Source: Lama glama (taxonomy: Eukaryota). Taken from it: a DNA stretch of 64,000 nucleotides. The notes below the pieces were generated by a model. That model had not been told where the DNA came from. It saw only the letters and a program-made list of their open reading frames with translations, and ran no database searches. The position numbers and the translations under genes were made by a program. Positions 1-12,100 of the stretch are shown in pieces (the stretch's first letter is position 1; each line of letters opens with the position of its first letter). The stretch covers positions 19,284,001 through 19,348,000 of the forward strand of contig CM052817.1 of assembly GCA_028534125.1 (NCBI GenBank). The letters are read 5' to 3'.

Positions 1-100
1 TGTTTATATGTGTTTATGTGCATACATAAAACATACATCTATGTGTATACACAGAAACATATATGTATGTGTATATATATGTATATCCATATACATAATA
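1..100. repeat. Degenerate (TA/CA/TG)n low-complexity tract
   Basis: Alternating purine-pyrimidine run such as tatatgtgtttatgtgcatacata...tatatatatgtatatccatatacata. Confidence 0.8.
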
Positions 101-949
101 CATCCTAAAGTAAAACAAGTTTCAAGATCTAGCAAGTTATGCATGGGTCATACTTGTAGTAAGAAATTACTCATTATTGATCTAAAATTCAAATGTGAGA
201 GTTCTTTATTTTATCCATCAATCCTAAATATAAAGCACATGCCTAAATGCTACATCCCACCTTTAAATCACTTACTGTTTGCCTTCTGGTGCACTTAAAT
301 TAGGCTTACTTCAGTGTTACTCTATGTTGGCTGATGGGAGAAAGCAAGTTTGGAAATTAGTAGTCAGACATCCATTTCAGAGGTCTAGATTTTTTAAATG
401 CCTGTGTATCCTGAAGTGTTCATACTAATTCATCTTGTCTCCAGCTAGCAAATGCTTGAGACTTAACATTTGTGGATAAATCAATTGCTTGAAATTTAGC
501 AATTATGCTTTTAAGGCAGAATATTCTGCAAGATTGTTAGTTCCTCAGGCCATATCACAAAAGTATTTGACATGTAATATCATTGAACTGCTTGTTAAAA
601 TACCCTTTGAATTATGCTTTAGAACTCAGGACAAGTAGACAAACTCTATTCTTCCTTCTATGATACTGGAGAAGAAAACTGAGTGGCTTCTTCCACCATA
701 AGACTCACTATTCCATCCTAGAAAGGACTTTGACCTTCCAGCAGAGCTCACTGTATAATTGGGGGTTTTGTAAATTTAGTACTAGTGTCTCAAGGTTGCT
801 CGCTATTCCACAGAGAAGAAATTTTTATCTGATTGTCTTTTGTAAATGACCTCCTGTTCTTATCCTTTGAGTTATAATTTGCCTTTAAGTTCTTTCTGCT
901 GATTTTTTGCTGTGTTTTTTTAAGCATTTACTGAGAATTGTATGGTGCT

Positions 950-1017
950 GGTGATGATGATGATGACAGATGACAGATGAGGAGGAGGAGGAGGAGAAGG
1001 AGGAAGAGGAGGAGGAG
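950..1017. repeat. Compound trinucleotide microsatellite (GAT)n-(GAG)n
   Basis: gatgatgatgatgacagatgacagatgaggaggaggaggaggagaaggaggaagaggaggaggag. Confidence 0.9.
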
Positions 1018-1019
1018 CA

Positions 1020-1270
1020 AAACACTAACCAACAGCACTGCCATTCTTGAGCAGGTGTTAGGTTCCAAGAACTGTGCTAAGCACCGCTGTCTGTGGGTTA
1101 CACGTGTTCCTTCTTCCAGCAGCCCTGTGAGTTAGGTGGCACTTCTGTTTTGTACAAGAGGGATATGAGTCACTGAATAACTACCCAAGTTTGTGTAGTT
1201 GGTAAATGGTGGAGGCAGGATTTAAACTCACATTTTTCTGACTTCAAAGTACCTATCCATAATACTGTGG
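1020..1270 (-). mobile_element. MIR SINE (ancient)
   Basis: ttgagcaggtgttaggttccaagaactgtgctaagcac ... gtaaatggtggaggcaggatttaaactcaca...ctgacttcaaag resembles the reverse-strand MIR consensus. Confidence 0.75.
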
Positions 1271-3695
1271 CTTGGACAAGACATCTCATAGGTACAACAG
1301 TTGAGAACTAAATATCATAGTGTATCTACTATGTTTGAATAGTTTGAGATAATTTGATTGAAAGTAAATGGCCCTATACAATCAACCAATGGAATATAAA
1401 AATGTCTTCCATTCATCTAACATTCCAGGTTTCAGATTTTTACATTTTTGTTTGTTTTTTTCTATACTTATACCAACACTTACAAGACCATTATATCATA
1501 TGGAAAATGAAAACTCCAAAATATTAGAAGTTTTAAAAGGCAGTAAGAGGTAAAACAGATTGTTAAATGTATGTCCTCTGACCCTGAGTTTATTACTTTC
1601 TCCAGTACACTTTTTTTTTCCAAAAACATATTGAGTCAGTAGTATTTCATAGTATATTTGTCCTAAGACCTTTAAAGGGGTTTATTATATTACAGATTAC
1701 TTCAAAATGAAAATTGTAGATCTGTAAGATATTTATTTTCCTAATCCAACACATTTCAAAAAACGGCAACACTTTCTCAGTCATACTTGTAGTGGCCAAT
1801 CTTTTATAGTGCTTGCCTCATTACAGAACTTCAGAATAGTAATAATAAAAATACTGAATAAATATACAACTAACATGCTTTGAATGACTACTGTATACCA
1901 GTGGCTATGCTCAGAACCCTACATGAGTTGTCCTATTTAATCCATCAAAATAAGAGAATGGTAAAAACAGAGTGGCTGGCTTTCCTGAACAAAGTTATGG
2001 CAGTAGTCTTTTACATTTAATAGTTTCATTGATACATAATTCTTTTTTGCTCCCAAGTTTCAGACAATTGTGTAAAACAAATGAGTTGTTACAAAAAAGC
2101 AAAAATATGGAAGCACAATACTGCAAATGATCAAAAATACACGGGAAGATAACAGAGTAAATGAGGCATTAACACAGGGTGACTGTCTCATTGGAACAAA
2201 AGGAAAAGAGGAAAGTTTACCTCATTAATCCATTATTCACTCCCGAACTGACAGTTGTAAACTTCTGAGAAATGTGATGGAAATTTTAGAATGTCTATCC
2301 AACCTCTACAGATTTTTATTCATTCGTTAGTATACTAATGCTATAGTCACTTTTTTTTTTTTTCAGAATCTCATAAAAAAGTAGGTCATTTGTTACTAAG
2401 GGCAGAAAAGGAAACTACCAGATCTTCCCGTAAACTTCCAGGAGTCTCACAAAAGGACTCCTTAAAGTTGAATCCCAGCTCTTCCATGTTCACTCACTGC
2501 TATGGGACCTTTAACACACATTTTCTTTCTTATGTATATTTTCAGCATTAATTCTGATTTACTTTTAATTTGCAAATGCCTTTGTTTCAAGTACAGAGAT
2601 GCATGCAGCTGGTTTCCATGTTTCAAACAATACTGAGCACTGATAGTTTCAGCGTTGGTCACAGTGGCAGAAAATCTCAGAACAGGAACTGCGTCTGGTG
2701 TAGCAGATACAGCACGGATGCTGACTGCAGACAGACTGTGTTTAAATGTTTTTATATGCATATATTTGGCTCCTACACTCCATTCTGCTATCAAGCCTCT
2801 GCAAAAACCAAACAAACAGAAAAAAAGACACACACAAAAAAAACCATTTCTTTAGCTTGAAACACTAATTCTTACATGATTGTCTGCTACCTACTTGCTT
2901 TGTGGTCGTTTCTTTTTTTTTTTTTTTTTTTAATGGTCATTTCTTCCAGGAAGTCTTCCTTGGCACTCCACATCTTGAAGAGGGGGAGTCCCCCCTTTGC
3001 AATTCCATGGGACTCTGAGCTTATATCACCAGTCGATTTCTCCTACCCTGATTAACATTCTTATTTATCTCTGTCTACCTAGTTCTCTGTTTGATTCCCA
3101 ACACATGTCATAGTGCCTGGAGCAGGGTAGCTCCAGCAAATGGAGCTCCATTTATTGTTGGATGTTGCTGGATGTCCATGCCTGGCAGTGCCATCTCCCT
3201 CAGTAATCTCTGCCTCCATCACTGGCTTGGCTGCACTCTACTGCACTGCTGTAAGAAGCGTGGGGTCTCGCCAATGATGTAGGGGGCCTTCCTTAGCTGT
3301 GGCCTGTTCCTCGACAGGTTATCTTGTTTCTCCCTTTCTTCACTCTTTTTATACTAGAATGGGTCATTTCAGAGAGCAATTGCAGCTTCCCCTTTCCCCT
3401 AAACAGGAATTTCTCACCACTCCCAGTGTGGCTAAGGAAGTGGGGTGAACAAGAGGAGATCAACAGATTCATGAAGTGTTCATGTGCCAATTTACAAAGC
3501 TTGGACCATCCTATAGCTTGTGGTGAGTCAGTGGAGGGCTTTAATTAAGGGAGTGACAAGGCTAGATTTTCATTTTAGATAGATCAGTCTACTGGCTCTG
3601 AAGAAGATGGATTTGAGGAGAAAAATATGAGGGAGCACAGAAATCAATGATAGGGGCATTCAGTACTATAGACCTATATATTAAGGGCCTGTACC

Positions 3696-3975
3696 AGGGG
3701 TCAGCAAACTTGTTTTCTGTCAAGAGCCAGATAGTACATATTCTAGGCTTTGTCGCAACTACTCAACTCTGCCTCAGTGGCTCAAAATGTAGGCATAAGG
3801 TCAATGAGCATGTTGGTGTTCCAGTACGACTTTCTTCATGGAAACTAAAATTTAAATTCTATATAATTTTCATTTGTCACATACTCCTATTCTTAAAAAA
3901 AATTTTTAAGTCATTACAAATGTAAAAAAAAAAATTCTTATTTGCTCAGCACAAGAAAAACAGGCCACAGGCTGG
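3696..3975 (+). mobile_element. MER58-like hAT-Charlie MITE inserted in an L2 remnant
   Basis: Starts caggggtcagcaaact...tctgtcaagagccagatagtacatattctaggctttg, a typical MER58 5' end. The upstream flank (3540-3695) is L2-like (tttaattaagggagtgacaaggctagattttcattttagatagatcagtct). Confidence 0.75.
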
Positions 3976-5169
3976 ATGGCATTAATAATATTGTTACATT
4001 CTCTAATTCAACTCCATCTCGGCTTCCCCAAGGCCAGAGTGAAGGATGCCATCAGAGTGCCTTCCCTGATACTCTCTGTCTCTCTCTCCCAATCCGTTCA
4101 CTAGGCTTGTGGTTGATTCCTTTCCTCCTCCTCTTCCCACGTATCCATGGGTGTTGATACCACTGAGACTTGTGGCTGATATGACTACTATCTGGAATGA
4201 AATTCAAGTATTTTATTTCTTAGTAGGTATATACTAATTTTTTTTGAATAGAATAATCAGAAAAATAATAGAGGAGATGAAACGCAGTGTGTCAAATACA
4301 ACATTGTAGAAATGCATCTACCAGTTCTTATCCATGCAAATTACCTGTGAAAAAAAATGAGATGTCCTTTTGGTGCAACCAAATAAAGAATCCCAGTTTA
4401 GGCAATGGAGGAGCTACATTTTGAGGACTGTCACATGACCTAGGTCTTACAGAGTATCACTTTTGTAAGATAAGCAGACTTTTAATGTATAAGAAATCTA
4501 TGTATTCAGAGCTAGAGAGAAGCTGAAAAACTTCTAATTAAAAAATGGCATAGGGGAATCTGATTGGGTCAGTTGCTTCCTGGCCTCATTATGAATTAGA
4601 TTTACTTCTGCTTACTAATGGCATTACATGAAACATTAAAATATTTCTACAAATCAAGGTAATGCAGGTTAATAAAAACAGGGTCCACAAGCATCATTGA
4701 ATACATTGCTTATGATATTTAAGCAATTATGCATGATAAAAGTAGGATAAATTAACATTATCACTGCATTTAGTGTTTTGTGCATACATTATATTGGAAT
4801 GGTCTCTAGCATTATTTTTGTTTCTCTAATTCTCCTAGTTGCTTATTATTATTTTAATCTTATTCTGGCCTGTTTCCTTTTTTCCTCTTATTTCGATTCT
4901 TTTTTTTCTCTCTTTACTTTTACATACATGCAAAAAAAAAGAGAGTTTTATTAATTGCTTAGAACATTTTATTCTTCATGATGAAAATCAGAAACGAAAA
5001 TAGTATGATCCTAAAGATAATCCTCCCCTTCTCCCTGCAACCCCTGAAACAAGGCAGGAAAAACAAAGACACAGGACTGGAAGGCATAGAGACCTCATTT
5101 GGATCCTGACTCTCTTTCTAATCTATATTTACTCTGGTTAGAATTGAGTAGTTAATGCTGTCATTAATA

Positions 5170-5700
5170 AATGCATATGTTTTTTCAACATATGTTTACT
5201 GAATCCCTGTTATGAAAAAGGCTATATGCTCAGTACCTTCAATGATTAAAAAAAAAAGATTTTTTCTAAAGCATGAGATGTGCTTTCAAGGAACTAAGAA
5301 AGAGAGGATGATATGTGTACATTTATATGTGCACATTCATATATGAGGCACAGCAGTATAAAATGGAAATATGAATTCCTTAAATGATAAAAAAGTAAAT
5401 ATTAATAATAAAACCATGCAAATATTTGAGTAGATAGCTCAGAATGGGCTTTGGAGAGAAATGTCATTTTATTTTGACCTTCAAGGTTAGAATTCATAAA
5501 GACATGGATTAGAGGAGAGAGGTAGATGAAAATATATTTATTCTAGGTGTCCAGGCAAGGAGAGAAGTGTATGTAAATGGATGGAGTTTGAGATAACACA
5601 GTCAATAAGGTAATATGAATTTATTTCGTAGAGGTACAAACATAGTTTTATAGAGGTTAATCTTGGAGCTATGATGTGGAGAGTAAAATCTCATAGCAAT
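5170..5700 (-). mobile_element. L2 LINE 3' fragment (ancient)
   Basis: ttcaacatatgtttactgaatccctgttatg... followed by purine-rich sequence typical of the L2 antisense strand. Confidence 0.55.
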
Positions 5701-6059
5701 TGAGACATTAGAATAGTAAATTATATCAGTTCTATTTTCCCTCTGCCTCTAGCCAAGCATAATGATTATAATGAAAATAATAATAACACAATAGCAACCA
5801 TAAACATTTTTAGTGCTTACTATATGCCAAATCCTGCTCATAAACTATAAATAAACCTTTAAGTTAAGTACTACACTTGATTCTACTTTTAGATGAGTGA
5901 TTTGAAACACACAGATATTAAACAGGTTGCTCAAAACTAGACTAGTTTCAAGCAGGTAGAGCCAGGAGTTAAAATATCGTGCTTCAATCTCTTTGGTATC
6001 TGGAAAAAGTTGGAAATAGGTAGAGAAGGGTGGAAAACTGAACATAACACATACAAAAC

Positions 6060-6890
6060 TGAAAACTGAAGTTGTTGACTTTCCTTGTTCTCTTTTGTGC
6101 TTCTAATCTCAGCCAGAAGCCTGATGGCAACCCCTTCCTCCTTCACCTCTCTCTTTCCAATATTGTCTGTTCTACACTTTCACGTCTTTTATCTGAATTC
6201 TCTCCATTCGGTCTCGACTGAGACAGCCTCACTTTAGTCCCTGATCATCTCTTGCTTGAACTATTGGGACAGATGTCTAACTAGGGTCCTGCCTCCAGTT
6301 TTCCCCATGTCTCCCCAACCAGCCTCGACTCTACAGAGAGATCTTCCTAAAAAGCAATTCAACGTGACATGCCGCTGCAAAAAGACACATCTCATGCCCC
6401 TCATGGCCCACAGAATAAAGTCGAAATTTCTTCTCTTCTCATGGAAGACTACCCAACTAATAGGTCTTCTTTGTTCAACTCTCATCTCCATTCATATGTA
6501 GAGATTAACATATGTTTTCCGGAAATGTTTAGTTTTTTCTAGTGAGCAAAGTTCTTTCATATCTACAAACTTCAGTTTTCCTGCTTTTGCCTGGATCTAC
6601 CTGGTGAGCGATTACTTTCATTTAAATAATCAAACCAGGCTTGACCTCCTTTACGAACCTTACCTGAACTCAGAGATCAAAACTAGTTTTTTCTATTGGC
6701 AAACAGAACCCTATGCTGTCTCTAGATGGAGTACTTACAATACTCCAAAGATTCCTTCATTTAAAATCTGACTCCACCTTTAAGATCTCTGAAGTCAGAA
6801 ACAATGTCCTATTGTTACTGGTATTCTCAGGGGTCTTGCATAGAAACCTTGTACCTAGTGGTGGTTGAATAAATGAAACATGAATGAATG
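6060..6890 (+). mobile_element. L2 LINE 3' fragment
   Basis: ctgatcatctcttgcttgaactattggg...ctacagagagatcttcctaaaaagc... ending in the L2 tail ttgaataaatgaaacatgaatgaatg. Confidence 0.75.
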
Positions 6891-7484
6891 TGGAGAATTG
6901 TAGATGTAATAAGGAGATCCAGGCTCCAGCAGTTTACTCCCTCAATATAGAAAGAACGGAAAAATAATGTAATTGAAGGGAAAAAAAAACATAGATTTTC
7001 CCATCAAGACTTTTCATTGTCCAATTTGTTGTATAATTTAATTATATTCTGGGTCAAAGAAGCCACATGGGATAAGACAGAGAGGTTACGCTGTGTCGGT
7101 GCCTAAGCTTTCTTCTAACCGTTGAGAGGTGAAAGTCGGAATTAAACTAGTTGAGAACTGTCACACACGGCTGTTCTGTGCTCCCCAAAGATGCCTGGAA
7201 AGCCAGATTTGAGGGGGTGAGGGTGGGAGGCACAGAGAAAAGAGGGTGTTGGGGTGACGTGAGAGAAATCCAGGAGGGCGGAAAAAGAAAATGGAAGATA
7301 ATTAGCTGCCATGATTAAAAGATTTCATTTTTTTTTCCAAATCATTTTTCAATCTAATTCATACCGTGTGAAATGTGAAAGATCTATTTCTAGGCTGAGT
7401 AATAGACTGTAGTACAAGATTTTGATAAATAATTATCTTCCTACTTTATCCATGAAAATATTAAGACAGATTCATGTAATTCTC

Positions 7485-8010
7485 CTAGGCGAGCCCGACA
7501 GGGTGCTGGCTCGGCCCTGACGGACTGCCTTTTCCCGCCTGACCTGTTCGGCCCTGCGCCTCGTGTGGGAACACCTGGGGGCAGAAGCCGGCCCGTCCCC
7601 TTCCAGTTCGCAGCTGAGCGCGGTGGGTCGCGCTGCTCATTTTCTGATGCGCAAGCCTTGCTCTCCCCTTAGGGAGTGGGCTTCTGACAGGCACTTTATC
7701 TCAACACATCGAGGCGCCTGTGAAATTGTCACTTGTCTCTTGCCGCCTTGCGAGTTAGTTCAGCACCATGACGAGATACACAGGGTGAGATTTTGTACAG
7801 AAGCCGAGCCGCCCGCCTGTTGTTTTAGGGCAGGTGCGCCGCTTCACACACTTTCCAGAAGAGCAAGAAATCCGGGAGGACGAGGGAGAGGCCGCGCGGC
7901 CAGGCCACCTCACCCGACGAGAGTGGTTTGTCTGTTCGGCTCTGTGTGTGCTCACCCACATCACCCCCGTTCATCTTCACAAACGATCGAGGCCTGCTGT
8001 CCTAGGCCCC
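7485..8010. promoter_or_regulatory. Orphan CpG island / candidate enhancer
   Basis: ~0.5 kb GC- and CpG-rich block (gcgagcccgac, gctcggccc, gagcgcggtgggtcgcgc, ggccgcgcggcc) in an AT-rich, CpG-poor background. It is not a recognisable repeat and its ORFs are not protein-like. Confidence 0.65.
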
Positions 8011-8426
8011 CATTTTTATTATTAGAAAAATGAGGTTTGGACAGAGAGCTGAGACAGAAGCATTACTTTCTAGGCAGACTTTTTTTGTGTGGTGTAACAG
8101 CTTATAAGTGAGTTTATAAAAGTGCCAACAGCCAAACGCCAGTGACAGACAAAAATAATCAGTTCAGGGGATGAATCCAGAACACCTACTCATCTCTACA
8201 TGAGCATTCCAATTCACGCATTACGGTCATTTCCTCTTGGCAGCTGCTCTTAGTCTGTACTTCAATGGTTAGAATTTTCTAGAAATGGAACTTTTTTTAC
8301 TCTTTGGAGTGAGATGTAAAGAGCATCTAGACACAAAGTTTAAGGTAGTACCATCTGTGGATGTGGCATTTATACCTTCTAATTTCCATAATTATTTCTT
8401 TATACTGGAAAAATGTAAGAGAATGA

Positions 8427-8990
8427 TGTTTCCATATCTTGCTATTGTAGATAATGCCACAATGAATACAGGAGTGCATATATCTTTTCTAATGATTTTT
8501 CCCCCACATTCTTTGGATAAATACCCAGAAGTGGGATAGCTGGATCATATGGTAGTTCTTTTTTTCATTTTTTTGAGGAACCGCCATACTGTTTTCCACA
8601 GTGACTGCATCAATTTACATCCCCACCAACAGGGCACAAGAGTCTCCTTATCTCCACATTCTGTCTGACACTTATTATTTCTTCTTTTCTCATAATAGCC
8701 ACTCTGTCTGATGTGAGATGATATCTCTTTTTGGTTTTGACTTGTATTTCCGTAATAATTAATGATGTTAAACATCTTTTCAAGTGCCTGTTGGCCATTA
8801 GTATGTCTTCTTTAGAAAATTGTCTATTCAGCTCCACTGCCCATCTTTTAATCAGGTTGTTTTTCTTTTTTTGAGTTAAATGATTTCTTTATATATTTTA
8901 TATGTTAGCCTCTTAGTAGATATATAATCTGTTAATATAGTTTCCCATTTGGTAGCTTGTCTTTTCATTTTGTGGATGGTTTCCTTTGAG
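8427..8990 (-). mobile_element. LINE-1 ORF2 C-terminal fragment, degraded
   Basis: Minus-strand ORFs read [21 protein letters not shown]...RYHLT and [22 protein letters not shown], which are L1 ORF2 cysteine-rich domain motifs. Confidence 0.9.
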
Positions 8991-9399
8991 CACAACATCT
9001 TGAAAGCCATAAAGCAGATAGGTCAGTGGCAACTGACTTTGTACAAAGAGATTTCATAAGAGGGCAGAAAGGAAGCCCAGAAGCAAGACAATTACAATCA
9101 TACAACCACAGAAAGTGTGGGAGCTGGGAACGCCGCTTAACTCAGAAATTGGTGGTGCAAATGGAGCTAAAAAGAGGATTATTTTTTAGTACTTGAGAAA
9201 TAAATATTAGGTGCTCTCAAACCTTCCCCAAGCACCTTAATGACTCCTTGACCAGAACACTAAGGCTATTCACTGGCAACTTTGAACTAGTTATACTTTT
9301 TTTAGGAGACCTGGCCTATTTGAGGATGAGAATATCATAAATAAACTCAGGGAAATAATCGAAATCTCTGTATTGAATAATGAGATCTCCCTCAACTGC

Positions 9400-10570
9400 T
9401 TTTCCTGCTGCAAGATCCCTTCCAGGCAGGGAGTGGGTGAATTCTTTCTGGTGAAATTCCCAGCTCCAAATAAAATACTAATACATAGTGAAGCTTAATG
9501 CGCAGCCAGAAATAAAATCATCCAGCTTCCTCTGCATTGAAGTATACCAGTTAACAAACTACAAATGCATACAAAGGCTCCAATTATGCATTTTATTTCC
9601 TACCTCTTTAATGTGAGTTGATAGCCAGAAATCAAAGATATTGGACAAAGGGAAATAAAACAGACTACTGAATTTTTAAAAACTGCATATTAAAACAAAC
9701 AGTTGTAACCATTAGCATGCCATAGTGCCCTGGATAAACCAAAAAAGAAAGAAAAAACATTCTTAGAAAAGATATCAGAGGAAAGAGAGACAATAGAGAA
9801 AGAAGAAAATTAAAAAGCAACTTCTCAGTACAGTCTTCAGATAGATAAGAGAGGCTATTAAGACCACAAAAGAGGAAAAGAAATAAAACAAATCAAAACA
9901 CACTCAAACATAAAAACCCCTGCAGGGACCTAAACAGATCTTGGACACACAAAATAGGAAAAAAATTGTTACAACAGTTAAAAGATAATAATAAAAGCTA
10001 CTGATTTCTCCCAGAAGTTAAAAACAACACAGACGAAAAGGAAGTTAGGGAAGCAAAAATAAGATACTTAGAGGATTAGTCCAGAAACCCTGATACCTTA
10101 ATGATAGACATTTAGAAATATGACGGAGGAGAGAAAACTGATTTGAATAAATTATAAAATAATGTAATTTCTATGATTGAATGTCATAAGATGATAAATG
10201 ACCCAAAATGCATCCAGCCTAATAGATGATAAAAGATCTTCCCCAAGGTCCGCAAAACTTCCTCCTTTACATTTGTGGATAGGTAGATGAACACTTAGAA
10301 AAATCTAGTTGTTAGCATTGGATTTTTCAATCACACTGTAATCTGAAAGTCAATGGAATTCTCCTTCAGTTCAGATAATCTCAAACCATAAATTTTCTAG
10401 CCAGGCAAGCTATTAATAAAAACACTCTCATATGTATTAGTTCTCAGTGCTTTTGTTTCTCAGGTACTCTTTCTTAGGAAGATACAGCATGGTCATCTCC
10501 TTCCCCCGGTGAAGGCTAAACTGGGAAAACAAGAAGTGACACTTAAGAAAGAGAATTTCTAACATATAGA
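9400..10570 (+). mobile_element. Ancient HAL1/L1M ORF1-like remnant
   Basis: A-rich sense strand with degenerate ORF1 C-terminal motifs (gttagcattggatttttcaatcacactg...aaaccataaattttctagccaggcaagctatt) and a HAL1-like ttcttaggaagatacag...aaacaagaag. Confidence 0.55.
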
Positions 10571-11649
10571 AATTTCCAGCTTTATAGAAGTGTAGTATTG
10601 ACTGAAAATATCAAAAAATAATTAATTTGATTTATTTTAAATGAATATAATTGATTGATTTTTAATTAATTTAAAAATACTATTTAGTGACATTATGTTA
10701 CAACTGTCAACAGGTAAGTAAAAGTGTTGAAAATACTGTAGTATTAGCTAAATGTACTAAAATTCTTAGCTTATTAGGTGCCAGGTACTGTGTCAAATTC
10801 TACATATATATCATCTCATTTTTAACACTCACAGCCATTCTCTGAGATAAATATAGTTATGTCTACTTCGTAAGCTAGTAAATTGAGGTTTAGTGAAGTT
10901 GGTCAACTTTTCCACTGTTTAAACATCTTGCAAGCCCCAGAACTGACATTCAAGTCATGCTCAGCCTTAATGCAAGTCAAATATGAATTGATAATTAGTT
11001 CTTCCTAAAATTTAGCTTTATCTTGACCATGAATCTCCTACCTTGGTCCAAGGTCTCATAATGCTGCAACATAACCAACTAGCAAATCCATCCTTAGAAA
11101 TAAAAAAGGGAGAACAAGAAAAGTACTGACAAAAGTAACAACTTACTATTTTATAGTTTTGTTAGACTAAATTCAGTCATTTAAAATCATATGCAACCCA
11201 GCCTCTGCTCTTTTATATCATAAACAAGTAACATGCGTCAACAAAAACAAATACGATTTTTTAAACCTCCTTTGCTGCTAGCGTTTTGACCATCATCTGA
11301 AAGCATAACAATCATTGCTTTGCAAGTTAATTGTTCATAAGTGCACTTTGTGGCATGCCTTATGACATAAATAATTAGCTGTCCTAATTATGTTTCTTTT
11401 TTTCTCAACTAGTGTAGGAAAAGCACCGTAATGTATTGGATGCCATTAAATTAGACTACTTAACTCAAAACAGGAAAAAAAATGTGTTTTAAGCTGTTTT
11501 ACCCGTAAAATTGCTACACTTCAAGGAGGCCAGCTATACTATGAAGTCATCGTCCTAGCAAGAAGGTCAAAGACACACATGCTGTCCCAGCTGTTGTGTA
11601 TTCTACTAGCATGATTCCAGTTTAGTATTGAAAGCTATTCAACATGATA

Positions 11650-11885
11650 ATAAAGCTGACTCTTACATAGAGCAAGGATGTGCCAGGAATAGTTTCAAGT
11701 GCTTTCAATTCAAAGGCTTACTCATTTTAATCTCACAGCAGCTCTATGTGATAGGTATATTATTCATATTCTCCCAGATGAGGACACTAAGGCACAAAAG
11801 GAATAAACAACTCCACTAAGGCTGCCCAGATGGTGAGTGGTCAGAGCTAGGGTTCACACCTCGCCACGCTGGCTCCAGAGTTTGT
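11650..11885 (-). mobile_element. MIR SINE
   Basis: cagatgaggacactaaggcacaaaaggaataaacaactccactaaggctgcccagatggtgagtggtcagagctagggttcacacc. Confidence 0.8.
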
Positions 11886-11904
11886 GGTCCCAGGAAAAAA
11901 TGGG

Positions 11905-12100
11905 AAATTGTGAAATAGTTTCTACATTCATATTTTGGTACCATGTCTGTAAACTGAGTAACCTGAATAAAATACTTTGACTCTCTGGTCCTCATTTCCT
12001 CATCTGTAAAATTGGGATAATCATGATAATCAAAAAACTGAATGACAGAGTATATGTGAGCAATTTGCAAACTCTGAAACCATATATAAAATACTATTTA
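11905..12100 (+). mobile_element. MIR SINE, opposite orientation to the adjacent copy
   Basis: ctctctggtcctcatttcctcatctgtaaaattgggataatcatg (MIR core). Confidence 0.8.

Noticed and set aside
2462..2860. Overlapping 66-123-aa ORFs on both strands
   Set aside because: No recognisable domain or convincing splice context, and they run into low-complexity A/T tracts.
7563..8033. 156-aa ORF in the CpG island as a gene
   Set aside because: It has a GTG start and a non-protein-like composition, and ORFs of this length are expected in GC-rich DNA.
11650..12100. Inverted MIR pair as a hairpin or miRNA precursor
   Set aside because: The copies are too diverged for extended pairing beyond the short core.
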